DNA from: the human T2T-CHM13v2.0 reference genome, Homo sapiens
Strand: one strand, 5' to 3'
Length of the DNA: 64,000 nt
Assembly: GCF_009914755.1 (NCBI RefSeq)
Contig: NC_060935.1
In this document: positions 41,131 to 52,599 of the stretch, one piece after another
How positions within the stretch are numbered: the stretch's first letter is position 1
Layout of the letters: every line of letters begins with the position of its first letter
Notes under the pieces: generated by a model
Databases searched by the model: none
Told to the model about the DNA's origin: nothing
Seen by the model: the letters and a program-made list of their open reading frames with translations, nothing else
Position numbers and translations under genes: made by a program

Positions 41131-42479
41131 CACCTAGTGGTGGGCTGCCTTTCATGAAAACATTCCCAGCAAGCTGCTCTTCTGTCGGCTCAAAGTCACT
41201 TCTCAGAGTAAATGAGATTGGCCAGTTCTTTCTTTCCAAGGCTTTTCTGGATATTCATTTGTCCCAGATTTCTCCTGTATACAAAGCTCAGGAGTGAGGA
41301 CCCCCACAGTGGGGCTTGCACAAGGATAGCCTTGGGGGGCTTTTTCTAAGAGCTATGACTTTGAATGCTCTCTTCATCGATGCTGACAGATGAGGGCTGA
41401 TGGAAGTGGTCATGTTTTAAAATGTCTGATGTCCAGAAACACAGAGATGTGTACGCAAAACATTCATTCATTCAAGATGGAATTAGTGCCCCAGACACAG
41501 AGGCAGGGGATAAATAGCAAACAAGGCTTGATTCCTGCCTTCATAGAGCTTACTGTCTTGTAGGGGAAACATGAGTAAATTCAGCAGAGTAAGGGCTCTA
41601 ATTGGGTAAATGGGGGCTAGGCTGCCTGTGTCCTTGGGGTGGTGGGAAGGCTGCTGATCTGGGGTGCCAGGAGACCTGAGTTTTGATGCAGGCTCTGTGA
41701 CTTTGAGCAGGTCGTTTCCAACTTCTGAGCTTCCATTTCCCTAGCTGAAAATGGGGGCTTGCCATACTCGATGCTGTACTCTATGAGTCTTTGCAGCTCT
41801 GTCATCTTTTTTTCTTTTGGTCACTCAGAGACTCCAGGATTGGGAGAACAACCTGCATTCTGATTTAAAGTGTGAATCTAATAATTTCAAAAAGAAAGGG
41901 ACTAAAAGGGACAAACTTGTTTCTGTTTATTTTCCATCCTTCTTTGGGGAAGTGTAACATTTGAAATCAAATTCTCATTGGCTTAGCCAATGTGTAGACT
42001 TCGAGGGGAAATTCTCACTGCCCAGAGAAGTGACTAAAAATGACCATTACAGCCAAAAAGAGAAGTTTTTTTTTTAAAATCTGTGCTCTACAGATGGATG
42101 AAGTGCTGTTGCACATGGACAGAGTGGATCTGGACATTCTGCATGAGCCCAGGGATCCTGAGAATGGATTGGCTGAGCATAGACAGGGTGACCTATCGAT
42201 GTTCACTGTGGTCCTGATCTATGTGACCTCTTCCTAAGGGAAGATTTTTCTTAAGGTTGTTTCCTTTCTCAGCAGATATTTGTGAAGAAACTGTATCTGT
42301 AGTCTCATTTTGTCCTTATAATGACCCTGATGGATGGGAGGTAGAGGGATGATGATCAGTAAGAGCTGGGAAAGCACCAGGAACTAGCAAGAGCAGGACA
42401 CCTTTTCCACCACTAGGTAAATGGACCTAGTGACTGCTGGCACCGTGGGTGAGGGGACTGCCTGGCAGGAGCTGTGGCC

Positions 42480-42680
42480 GTAGCTAGGGGATTACAGCTA
42501 CGGCCACAACTCTGGCCCTGTACGGAGGGAGTGGGGGAAATAAAGAGTTCATATCACTCCCCTCTTTCCCTGGAGTCTCCTGCTGGTACCTTGCATTGGC
42601 TGAGTCTAACTGGAAGCCAGAGGGCAAAGGAGGTACCCTTTCCAGCTCTGCAATTCTCTTCAGACAGGGCTGGGATTTCT
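42480..42680 (-). mobile_element. Old MaLR LTR relic (MLT1M/N-like)
   Basis: TCTCCTGCTGGTACCTTGCATTGGCTGAGTCTAACTGGAAGCCAGAGGGCAA. Confidence 0.5.
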
Positions 42681-45600
42681 GGAGAGAATTTGCAGAATCA
42701 GAAAGCAGAGCTTTCCAATCAATGCCAAGCAAGAGACTCTGCAGACTCTCATAGCCTTGGGACCTGAGAAACCAGGTCTCCAGTGAGCAGTCACTTAAGC
42801 CTGTTCACCTGGCCCTCTCTTACTTTCTCTCCTATAGCAGCAGCAAAGGAGCGATGGGCCGAAGGGACTTGCTGGGTAGAAGTGGACCCACATTCTAAAG
42901 AGGAATGGAAGAGAAACCTGATTTCTTTGACTCGCCCTGTCCCTGAAGATGAGGGGCAGGCACAGACCAGCCCTCTCCAGAAAGACAAATATATTCTTCC
43001 ATTCATGGGAGGGGTAGTAGAGACTAACATTTGTTAAGCATCTATTACATGGGGGGTATGGAGGTAGGCCCTTTGTGTGTGTTGCCTCTTTTAATCCTTT
43101 GGTGATCAACTCATGAAAATAAACAGCTCCAGAGCCAGCTGTCTTTGGAGGGTGTAGGCAGGCCCGGCTCTGGGAAACCTGGTGACACTGACCTAGTTTG
43201 ACTTCCAAATCTTCTCTCTTCTTCGATTCTGGTGAGCCCCACTCTAGCCCCATAGTATGTAGGGCCAAGCACCCAGATACTGCTTCCATCAGGAGGAAAT
43301 AACATACCTGATGAATTTCTTCACTCAAGGTGTTAGGAGCTTAATGTGTTTCCCCCGCCCCCCGCACCAAGAGAATTTGTGTTTTCCAAGACAGTCAGAG
43401 AGTGGGTGGTGCTGAACTCAAAGGAGTGAATCACTAATAGTGGAATCCCAGGCATTCAGGGAGGTCCTATTTCTGGGGTGGGTTCCTTCCTGACACTTCA
43501 TTTTCTACAAAGGTGGCAGCCACCTATTGTCTCCAGAAAGGAGGCTGTCCCTGTGGGTGTGGTGACGGTGGGAAAGGAGAGGCACCTGCAGGCTGAAGCC
43601 AAGATCACCTGATTTTCAAAACCAAATCTGTCCCTACAAAGGAGAAGTGGCTTAAAAATCCACACAGCCTCCCGAGTGGAGGGAAGAATTCCCTCTCCTC
43701 TCTGGAACAGGGTTCCCTTCACCCAGAACACAGTGCTGTTGTTATGCAATGTCCCTGTTGGCAAAGATATTTGAGCCCCTTGTTTTCAGGTCTGTGTCAT
43801 TTCCAAGAAAGAGCTGTGGCCTTTGAGTAGGACTGGGCTCCTGAATACGGTCCCTGGTGCCAAATGAGGGAGCCAAGAAAAGGCAGAGAAGAGGAAAGTC
43901 CTGACTTTTACATGAAGATGAGACAGCCAGCCCTGTGGCAGCCAGATGGCAGTCCTGTTGCTCTGTAGTGGCCTTGGGGTCAGACTAGGGGCAGAGCTGG
44001 GCTGAAGGCAGGAAGGCCAGGACAAGACAGGTGAGAAGGGCAAAGTCTCCTGCAACCTGGTGAGAAAATGTGGGCTAAGCCATTCTCATCTGGAGCTGAA
44101 GGCTTGGTGGAGAATGGCCCTCAACATTCAAGTTCACACCCATGGATTTATAAAAGGCAGGGCTGGGGGGAAAGGTTTTTCCCATTATACTTAATAACAT
44201 TATCAACAACAATAATCACTACTACCATTTATTGAGCATTGACTCAAAAGACAGTCCCTTTATGAAAATTATTTACTTAAATCCTTACAAAGCTTCTATT
44301 CATTCACCCAACACATATTTATTGAGTTCCTACTATGAGCCAGGCATTATTCTAGGTGCTTAATTTAGATCAAGGGACAAGACAGACAAAATCCCTGTTC
44401 TGGTGGCAGGGCTACTACATGCAATTAACAGCACACAACTCTAGGGGGAGCCACATACATGGGCCACCTTATGAATGGTGTGCCCTGAGGTTAAGCATCC
44501 TGGCAGCCCCTTTCTGTGACATTTGCATTTTAGTGAAGGGAGTCTAATACCAATGAAGTAGATGTCATTATCCCCTGACTACAGTTTAGGAAACAGAGAC
44601 ACATAGGAATTAAGTAACTTGCTGAGTTTTTCAGCCAAAAATGACTGACCCATGATTTATACTGAAGTCAGTCCTTGCAATTCACCTGTGCCACGTACTT
44701 GCCTTTCTCTCCCTGGTGGGCACAGGGAAGAGGGAGTAGCCAGGCTGGCCAGATGAGTGCTGGGCTGGCTGGCCCAGTAGAGGCACCATGTCCTGACTGG
44801 GTGGACAAAGACTGGGTAGGAGGTAACAGAGAATCCCTTGGTGAGTCTAACTTAGCTATAAGAAGGCTTGCTGAGAGCAGCTGCCTTCATGCAGAGGGTG
44901 GGGTGACCGGCCTTTAATCCTTCCCAGCTGAGGATTTAGTCAAAGAAGCTTGTCTCTGGGGATAGCCTATGGTCTTGAAGGGCCTGAGTTAGCTATTAGT
45001 TCACCCATTTATTTAACATTCATTCATTATTTTTAAAAAATTTCCTAGCTATGTTTGGGGGCAGAGAAGTGGGTCCAGAGACCTAGAGGTTTGCAAGGGT
45101 AGCTTCTAAACTCCTTTGGTTCAGAACAGAATAGAAAGTGTCCTCGGGTGACCTTGGGTCTGCTTCCCAAGCAAATTGAGCATACGCAGCAAGAACAAAG
45201 ACTGCACTCTACTCTAGTGAGCTCAGCCTGCTAGGCTTGGATCTAGATTTTATAGCAATAAGCTTGGAGTCTCACCTTTGGGTCAGACAGAGTACTACCC
45301 CAGACATGAGGTAGGGAGAGCCTTGTCTATATTCCTCTGCCTTTGTCCAAGCCTGCTTTGTCCTTCCTCTTGACGAAGAATAAAGATGGCTTCTGGGTGT
45401 GCATCCCCTTCCTTCTTCCACCTGCAGATGTACCTGTTTGTGTGCAGTGGGCTTCTGAGACCTGGGCAGGGATGCCAGAGACCGCAAGCCAGATGCTTGG
45501 GATGCCAATCCTTGGGACTTTGAGGAGAAAGAGAGGTTCTGAGGGGCATCTGTCTATGGCACAGAGTCAAATGGAACACATGGAAGTCCCTTAGAAAGCT

Positions 45601-47967
45601 GGTATCTAAGTGTTGGCCACACAATGTCCGTTCTTCCTCCATTGTTTGAATTTCTCCTTCTCTATCCTTCTATCTTTCTTGGCACCTTGAGCCAGGTCTG
45701 GGGTGAGAGAAGGGATGGTGTAGGTGAATTAGTGGTAGTTATTGGAGGAAGGCAATAAACCCAGAAAAAGTGTCACGTGACTTCTTTCTTGGGCCCAGTG
45801 TGACGCTTCTAGTTAGGCTAACGTGGGTCTTGGGACTGTTCCTGAGATTTTGTGGAAAACTCTTTGTATTTGTGCTGGTAACAGAAGGAAACCAGAGTTA
45901 GGGCTGGTGGGATGAAGCAGTGGGAACACTGATTTCTCCTTTTTTTCAGATTCAGGGATTTCTGTCAGAGACATCCGTGGGGGAGGGATGGGATTGGGAG
46001 TGAGGAGAATCCCTTTCCTCTCCTCTCACCATCTGGTGGTCCCCGTGCCCACGCACCAGCTCGTTGGATGGACATTTTGATTCCCCTAAGATGTACATTC
46101 TTCAAATCATTGTTTGTCATTAGCTCCCTGGAGAAAATGGAGGGGCTGAGATATTAGTGAGAAAACATAAAGTCAATTGGGTGATGGAGACTGGGAGAAG
46201 GGGAATGTTAGAAGAAAGTGAGCGAGGTCTGCTAAAAGTGAACTTTATCTTCTTCTCAATTTTGCCTAAGACTCGTGTTGCCTGGGCAGTCTCTTTTTGG
46301 AAGAGAAATTTTCATGACAGTTTGGGCCAGAGATGGCAAATAAATGCCTGACATGGTTGCTGCCAGCCCCTGTCTCCCGACACGTTCACAAGGGTGCACA
46401 CCACTTCTCCTCTCTGTGACCATAGACTCAGACCCATTGCAATCCAGCATCCTGCATGGCCCCATTGGTCAGAGTTGACATTTGCAATGAAGCTGCTTCC
46501 CTATGCCTGGTTAGGCCTTTTGCTATGAATTCTCTGGAGTTAACTATTTCCAAGGGGCTCCATCTTATTCTTGTGATTTCCACGGGATTTGGAGCCCCAG
46601 AAGACAATCCCATGTGGATTCACAAAATGCCCTCTAAATTTGATGGCTGTCAGTGCATACTAAGTATGACTGACTCACTGGTATCTGTTTCCTCCGCTGA
46701 CACAGCTGGTTCTTAGGCTCGGCAGGAGTTTGGGCTGAGACCTCTCATTGCTCTATATTCCCTCTGTTACTAATGAGGTGTTGTTCCTTAATTACTAGGT
46801 GCTGGATACTAGAATTGCTTTTCTTTGTTTCAGGGGATTTAGCAAAGGGCTTATAAATATTTCTTGTGTCTGGCATGAACTACCTGATTTTTTTATTCTT
46901 CAGGTCACTGAGCTGGCAATAAAGGCAACTCAAAGTTAGCTGGGAATCAGAATGAAGGGGGACTAGGAAAAGTGATGCCTAGAACACCAACAGGTGTGGG
47001 ATCATCTTCATTGTACCTTTCAGAGCCTAAGATATAAGTCCTCTGGATACTCTCTGCTTGTTTATTTAAAGGAAAAAATAATCAGAATGTGGGAGAAATG
47101 GGTGCTTTGGGTAATTTCATATTCTAATTGATGAACGTGTATGAAATTATAATATTAAACCACTACTAGCCCTTGCCGTAAAAAACTATTCCAAAATAGC
47201 TGAGTCTAAGTTTCCTGCCTCAGTGTGTCCCACCTCTTGCGCTTGAGTCCTTAATGATCCAGAGTTTCAAGTCCCCAGTGCCCTAATCTTGAAAAGCAGA
47301 AACTTTAGAAGTTTGCTGAAGTTTATTAGTTGGCTATACGATCCATCAAGAAATTGACTTTTTTGGATTAAATTCAAGATAGTTTTTAAAAAATCAGAAG
47401 TTTCTTTATCATGAAAGCTAAAAAAATAATTGAAGGTAGAGGCTAGTTGGAATCCCAGTTAATAGATGGATTTCTTCCTTCTTGAAGAAACTTGTGTCCA
47501 AGGGCAAACTGAATCCTGGTGGTCTATGCTGGCCACATTCAGCAAAAAATGGCCCGAGGTTTTGATGGTTATCATTCTCAAAACTGTTCCTGCCAACACA
47601 CTCTGATCCCAGGAGGTTACCTGACCTTTATAAGGCTCAGTTTCCTCCCCTGTAAAATGGGCAGGGTAATCAAGCTAGGCAAAATATTTAACCTAAGTGA
47701 GGAAATTGTGCTATTAGTGCCCTGAAAAACATGTAGAAAGACATTAGACATTATTTTATTTAATATCATGTTGAACTTAGTTTTTAAAAAGAAGACCTAT
47801 TGGATTTTCCAAGAACAACTAAACTGATTCCTTGTAGACAGTTTAGAGAATACAGAAAATTAGAAATAGGAAAAAAGCAAAACAAAACAAAAACCATCAA
47901 ACAAAGTCTACGCAAATACAGTTTCTCTTAACTTTTGGTTTATTTCCTTCTAGTCATTTTTTAGGTG

Positions 47968-48230
47968 CATTTTTAAATTGTGGTAAAATATATGTAATGT
48001 AGAATTTACCATTGTAGCCATTTTTAAGTGTAGAGTTCAGTGGCATTAAGTACATTTATATTGCCGTGCAACCATCACCACCATCTATCTCCAGATTTTA
48101 TAACCCCAGACTGAAACTCCATATCCATTAAATGATAACTCCCCATTCCCCTCTCCCTACCCTGGTGACCACCATTTTACTTTCTGTTTTTATGAATTTG
48201 ACTTTCTTGGCGCCTCTTATAAGTGGGATC
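47968..48230 (-). mobile_element. L1MB 3' end
   Basis: TTTTAAATTGTGGTAAAATA..TTTTAAGTGTAGAGTTCAGTGGCATTAAGTACATT..GTGCAACCATCACCACCATCTATCTCCAG. Confidence 0.88.
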
Positions 48231-48389
48231 ATTTTTAGTTGTTTTTATAATCGGTTTCCTTCCTTTAAAAATATGAATGGAGCCTAATGAATATTGAATT
48301 TAGTGTACTGGTTTCTTTGAACATTTCAGCATCATAAACATGTTTTTGTATTCTACATTCTTCTTGTATTGCTATATTCTCTATAGGAA

Positions 48390-48686
<297 letters not shown>

Positions 48687-49120
48687 TGAACATCATTTTT
48701 AATGGCTGAAGATTATAGAATCCAGTGGGTGTGCCATCCATTATTAGTATTCTGTTGTTTCCAAATATTTGCTGTTTTAAACAGTGTTGTGAAAACATAT
48801 TTTTGTGTTGAACTTTTATCATATTGAGAGGCACTTCCTCTGTGCAGAATCAAGAAATTAATTACCGGTTTATAAGGAATGTGAACCTTTCAGGCTCATA
48901 ATCTGTATTACCAAATGGTTAGGAAAAAAATGTTCAGAAGGTGCCATTCACAGATGGAGTGGGCTTCCACCAGGGGCTGTGAAGCTCTAATCTCAAAGGA
49001 TGTTGACTACTGGTAGGGCTGATTCAAGTATTAGATATCTAGGAAGGGTGGGAAGGGCAGAGAAGCTTCCAAAATTCCTATGTAGGAGAGGCATAGGGGT
49101 GCTGATCTCTTCATAAGGGG

Positions 49121-49140
49121 TGACGGGAATTTTCCTTGAA
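49121..49140. promoter_or_regulatory. Candidate overlapping CRE-half / NF-kB / STAT (GAS) composite site
   Basis: TGACG + GGGAATTTTCC + TTCCTTGAA within 20 bp of apparently unique DNA; function untested. Confidence 0.3.
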
Positions 49141-50148
49141 ACAGCATGTGCAGATCAAGCACTGTTCTTTCCTTTAGAGTGTGTGTTTATTTGGGGCGAC
49201 TTGGAGGGTTGCTAATTGAGATTATGGGGAATCTAAAGCCACACCCCAAACCGCCCCTTGGTTCCCCTACCTGGGGGAGAGTTGACACTAGTCAAACCTC
49301 TCCCATCTCTGAGATTTTGTGAATCTAGGACTCTTGCCACTGCACAGACTCCAGCTGGACCCAGGGACTCCAGCTTCTCACATCACCCTGGCTCATCCAT
49401 AACTCTCTTTTGTTTCATCTCAAACATCACTGAGAGATGGCTGCCTCTTCTCCCTTCCTAGGAAAGCCCATGTCACAATAAGCGCGCCTGTGCTTCTCAT
49501 CAGTGCTTTCCTGGTAGCACCACCTGACAAACACTGCTCGCGGCTGCCTTCAGCTGCTCTCCAAGAAGACGTCATAACCACAAGAGATCTGAATCAGCCC
49601 ATTTTTTCCCCTGTGGCACTGTGTGCTTTGGCTGCCTGGCCAGAAAGCTGGGACTGTATTTACCTATCATTTTGATACTATCTTGGGGTGTAATTGGAAT
49701 TGAGCTCTTAGTGTGGAAATTCTTACTCAGAACACAAAGGATTGAAGAGTGCTTGGAGGCTGAACTCTGGAAGGACTCTTCCCTGAGGCCTCTTGGCATC
49801 TGGCTCTTGTTTCTTGGAGCGGTGGTATGGCCCACAGGTGGGTGTTTCCTTTGGGAGCAATTTCTTGCTTTTTCAGTAGCTCTGGGCTGTCATCGAGCCC
49901 ACTGTTCCTTGTCTTCTCTGCACTGTTTAGTGATGATGTAGGTGAATTGCTCCACAGTTTAATTCCAGTGGTAGAGCAGTCACCATTTGTTGGTTTCTTT
50001 TTCTTATGGGAACTCTGGTCTGCATCTCACTGTGTTTCCCTTGAACGTGTCTGGGGTCCTCCAAACAGCTTCGTGTCCCTCTGAGTGCGGACACTCAGAT
50101 TCTAACTCAGATTCTAAGTCAATGGTCTCAGCCTTTAGAACCGCAGGA

Positions 50149-50468
50149 GGCCAGGCGCGGTGACTCACGCCTGTAATCCCAGGACTTTGGGAGGCCTACG
50201 CGGGTGGATCACCTAAGGTCAGGAGTTCGAGACCAGCCTGGCCAACACAGTGAAACCCCATCTCTACTAAAAATACAAAAATTAGCCAGATGTGGTGGCA
50301 TGTGCCTGTAATCCCGGCTACTCAGGAGGCTGAGGCAGAGGCAGGAGAATCGCTTGAACACGGGAGGTGGAGGTTGCAGTGAGCCGAGATTGTGAGATTG
50401 TGCCATTGCACTCTAGCCTGGGCAACAGAGTGAGACTCCATCTCAAAAAAAAAAAAAAAAAAAAAAAA
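50149..50468 (+). mobile_element. AluSx
   Basis: Full dimer, two small internal duplications (GAGGCA x2, GAGATTGT x2); TSD AGAACC(G/A)CAGGA. Confidence 0.95.
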
Positions 50469-51515
50469 AGAACCACAGGAGGGAGAGATCATATATGACC
50501 CCGTATGTGTGAAAAGTCCTATCATTGCTACCCACACCAACAATATTAGTGGAAAAATGTCTTCAAAGGACATTCGATTCAATGATACATGAGATTTGCT
50601 TCCTTCCTTAATTTTTCCCTGTACAGCTATATAATGATTTTTTCAATCAGATCCTCTTTTCCCCCTATTAATTGTATTTATAGGATGAGATTGATTCTAA
50701 CACAATAGCAAATGATGTATGCACATTTAACACATTTCGTGAAGGCAGGAAAGGGCACACTATAAATTCTGTGAAATCCACATTAGATCATGCCTCTCCT
50801 TTCTCAGTTGGGAGGTGGGCTCTGACAGTGCTCAAGAGAAAAAAAAATCAAGTTGTGACAGTTTAAAAAATATTTTAAATATTAAACTATTTATTATGGA
50901 ACTTAAAACATACACAGAAGTTGGCAGAATAACATCATGTACCCTAAATATCTATCTCCAAACCTCAACAGTGATCAACCTGTGGTCAGTTCTGCCTCTT
51001 CTGGTTCCCATCTGCTCTCTGACTTCAGTTTATTTTGAAGCATGTCTCAGACATCTTGTGACTTCAGTATTGCACGATGTATGTCCTAAACGTAAGCATT
51101 CCCTTTAAAACATGTATCTACTTTTTAAATGAAGAACAATTAGGTGCATTTTCATAAGGGTTTTAGAAAGGGAAGAAACTGTATTTCTTTAATTTAAAAA
51201 TGTATCAGACAACTAATCCATGTTTACTGTTTCTAACACGGATACCATAATAATAGGATCATTCTATTATACATAGACTAGTGAGATCAATTTGTCAGAT
51301 AAACTTAGAAGGGCCATTAAGAAAGTTATGTCATAATTTTTGTCACTTGCTGAAACCAAGACTTTAATTCTGCAGAACATCATACCAGGATTCACAATTG
51401 TATACACTGATTGTGTTTGTCCAGAGGTAATCTCAGATCCACTGTATATAATTTTCCATTTGCCTAGCTATGGGGTTGGACACGTCAGTTTTTTCCAGAC
51501 CAAGGGTCTCCTAGC

Positions 51516-51832
51516 TTTTTTTTTATTTTTATTTTTATTTTTTGAGACAGAGTCTCTGTTGCCTGTGCTGGAGTACACTGGTGCGATCTCGGCTCACTGC
51601 ACCCTCCACCTCTCAGATTCAAGTGATTCTTGTGTCTCAGCCTCCTGAGTTGTAGGTGGGACTACAGGCACCTGCCACCATGCCTGGATTTTTTTTTTGT
51701 TTTTTTGTATCTTTAGTAGAGATGGAGTTTTGCCATGTTGGCCAGGCTGGTCTTGACCTCTTGATCTTAGAAGATCTGCCCACCTTGGCCTCCCAAAGCT
51801 GGGATTACAGGCATGAGCCACTGTGCCCAGCC
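51516..51832 (-). mobile_element. AluS
   Basis: Diverged full dimer; TSD TCCTAGCT. Confidence 0.92.
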
Positions 51833-52104
51833 TCCTAGCTGTTTTGGCTGCACACTTCTATCCGTAGATAATTAAGCATGTACCCTTACTATTTTCCGCA
51901 ATATAAATTATTTACTTATAAATTACATTATGTACTCTATCACACTGGTAAATTAAGTATATTATAAAACAGAAACTAAAAGTATGAAGTGAGAATTAAA
52001 AATGAATAGCAATTCTAATATCTTCATCTTCCCCTCAGTGGATCCTCCTGTACATACTCCAATTTGCAGACCACTGGAGGAGGCTGTAGGAGGCAATATT
52101 ATAT

Positions 52105-52330
52105 CCCAGTGAGGTGTGTGGGTTGTAAAGCCGAACAGCCTGAGTCCACATCCCAGCTCCACCACTCCTTAGTTCTGTGACTTGGAAACATCACTTAACC
52201 TCTCTGAATCTATCTTCTCACCTGTAATATGAGGGCATTAACCCCTTACAGGTTATTGTAAGGTTTCTTACACTGTGCCTGTGGTAAGCATCAATACATT
52301 TTAGCCAATAATAACAGTAATGATAATAAC
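52105..52330 (+). mobile_element. MIR
   Basis: CCCAGCTCCACCACTCCTTAGTTCTGTGACTTGG..TCACTTAACCTCTCTGAATC..CTCACCTGTAATATG. Confidence 0.8.
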
Positions 52331-52390
52331 ACATTCCTAGAGGGCTGGGATGGATCTAGATTTTTCTTCCCCTTTTAGTGGAAGACCACA

Positions 52391-52599
52391 GCATGATGCA
52401 TGAATTTACATTTCCTCAGACATTCTGGTGCTGATGAAGGTAAAGATGGTGAGGCTGCGATGATGGTTTCAGGGATGGGTGTGTTGGGCGTGATGAATAG
52501 CATGATGCATATTGTCACTCATTTAGTTTATCTGCACTGATGATGATGCTGATTATATGATGACTGTTACAGGGATGGTCACATTGTGGGTGATGAATA
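52391..52599. repeat. Diverged 2-copy tandem repeat (~109 and ~100 bp), TGA/ATG-rich
   Basis: Colinear anchors GCATGATGCAT..CTGATGA..GTT(T/A)CAGGGATGG..GTGATGAATA in both units. Confidence 0.65.

Noticed and set aside
42795-43328. Longest ORF (177 aa, minus strand)
   Set aside because: Overlaps a MIR relic, has no recognisable domain or codon bias, and is within chance length for 64 kb in six frames.
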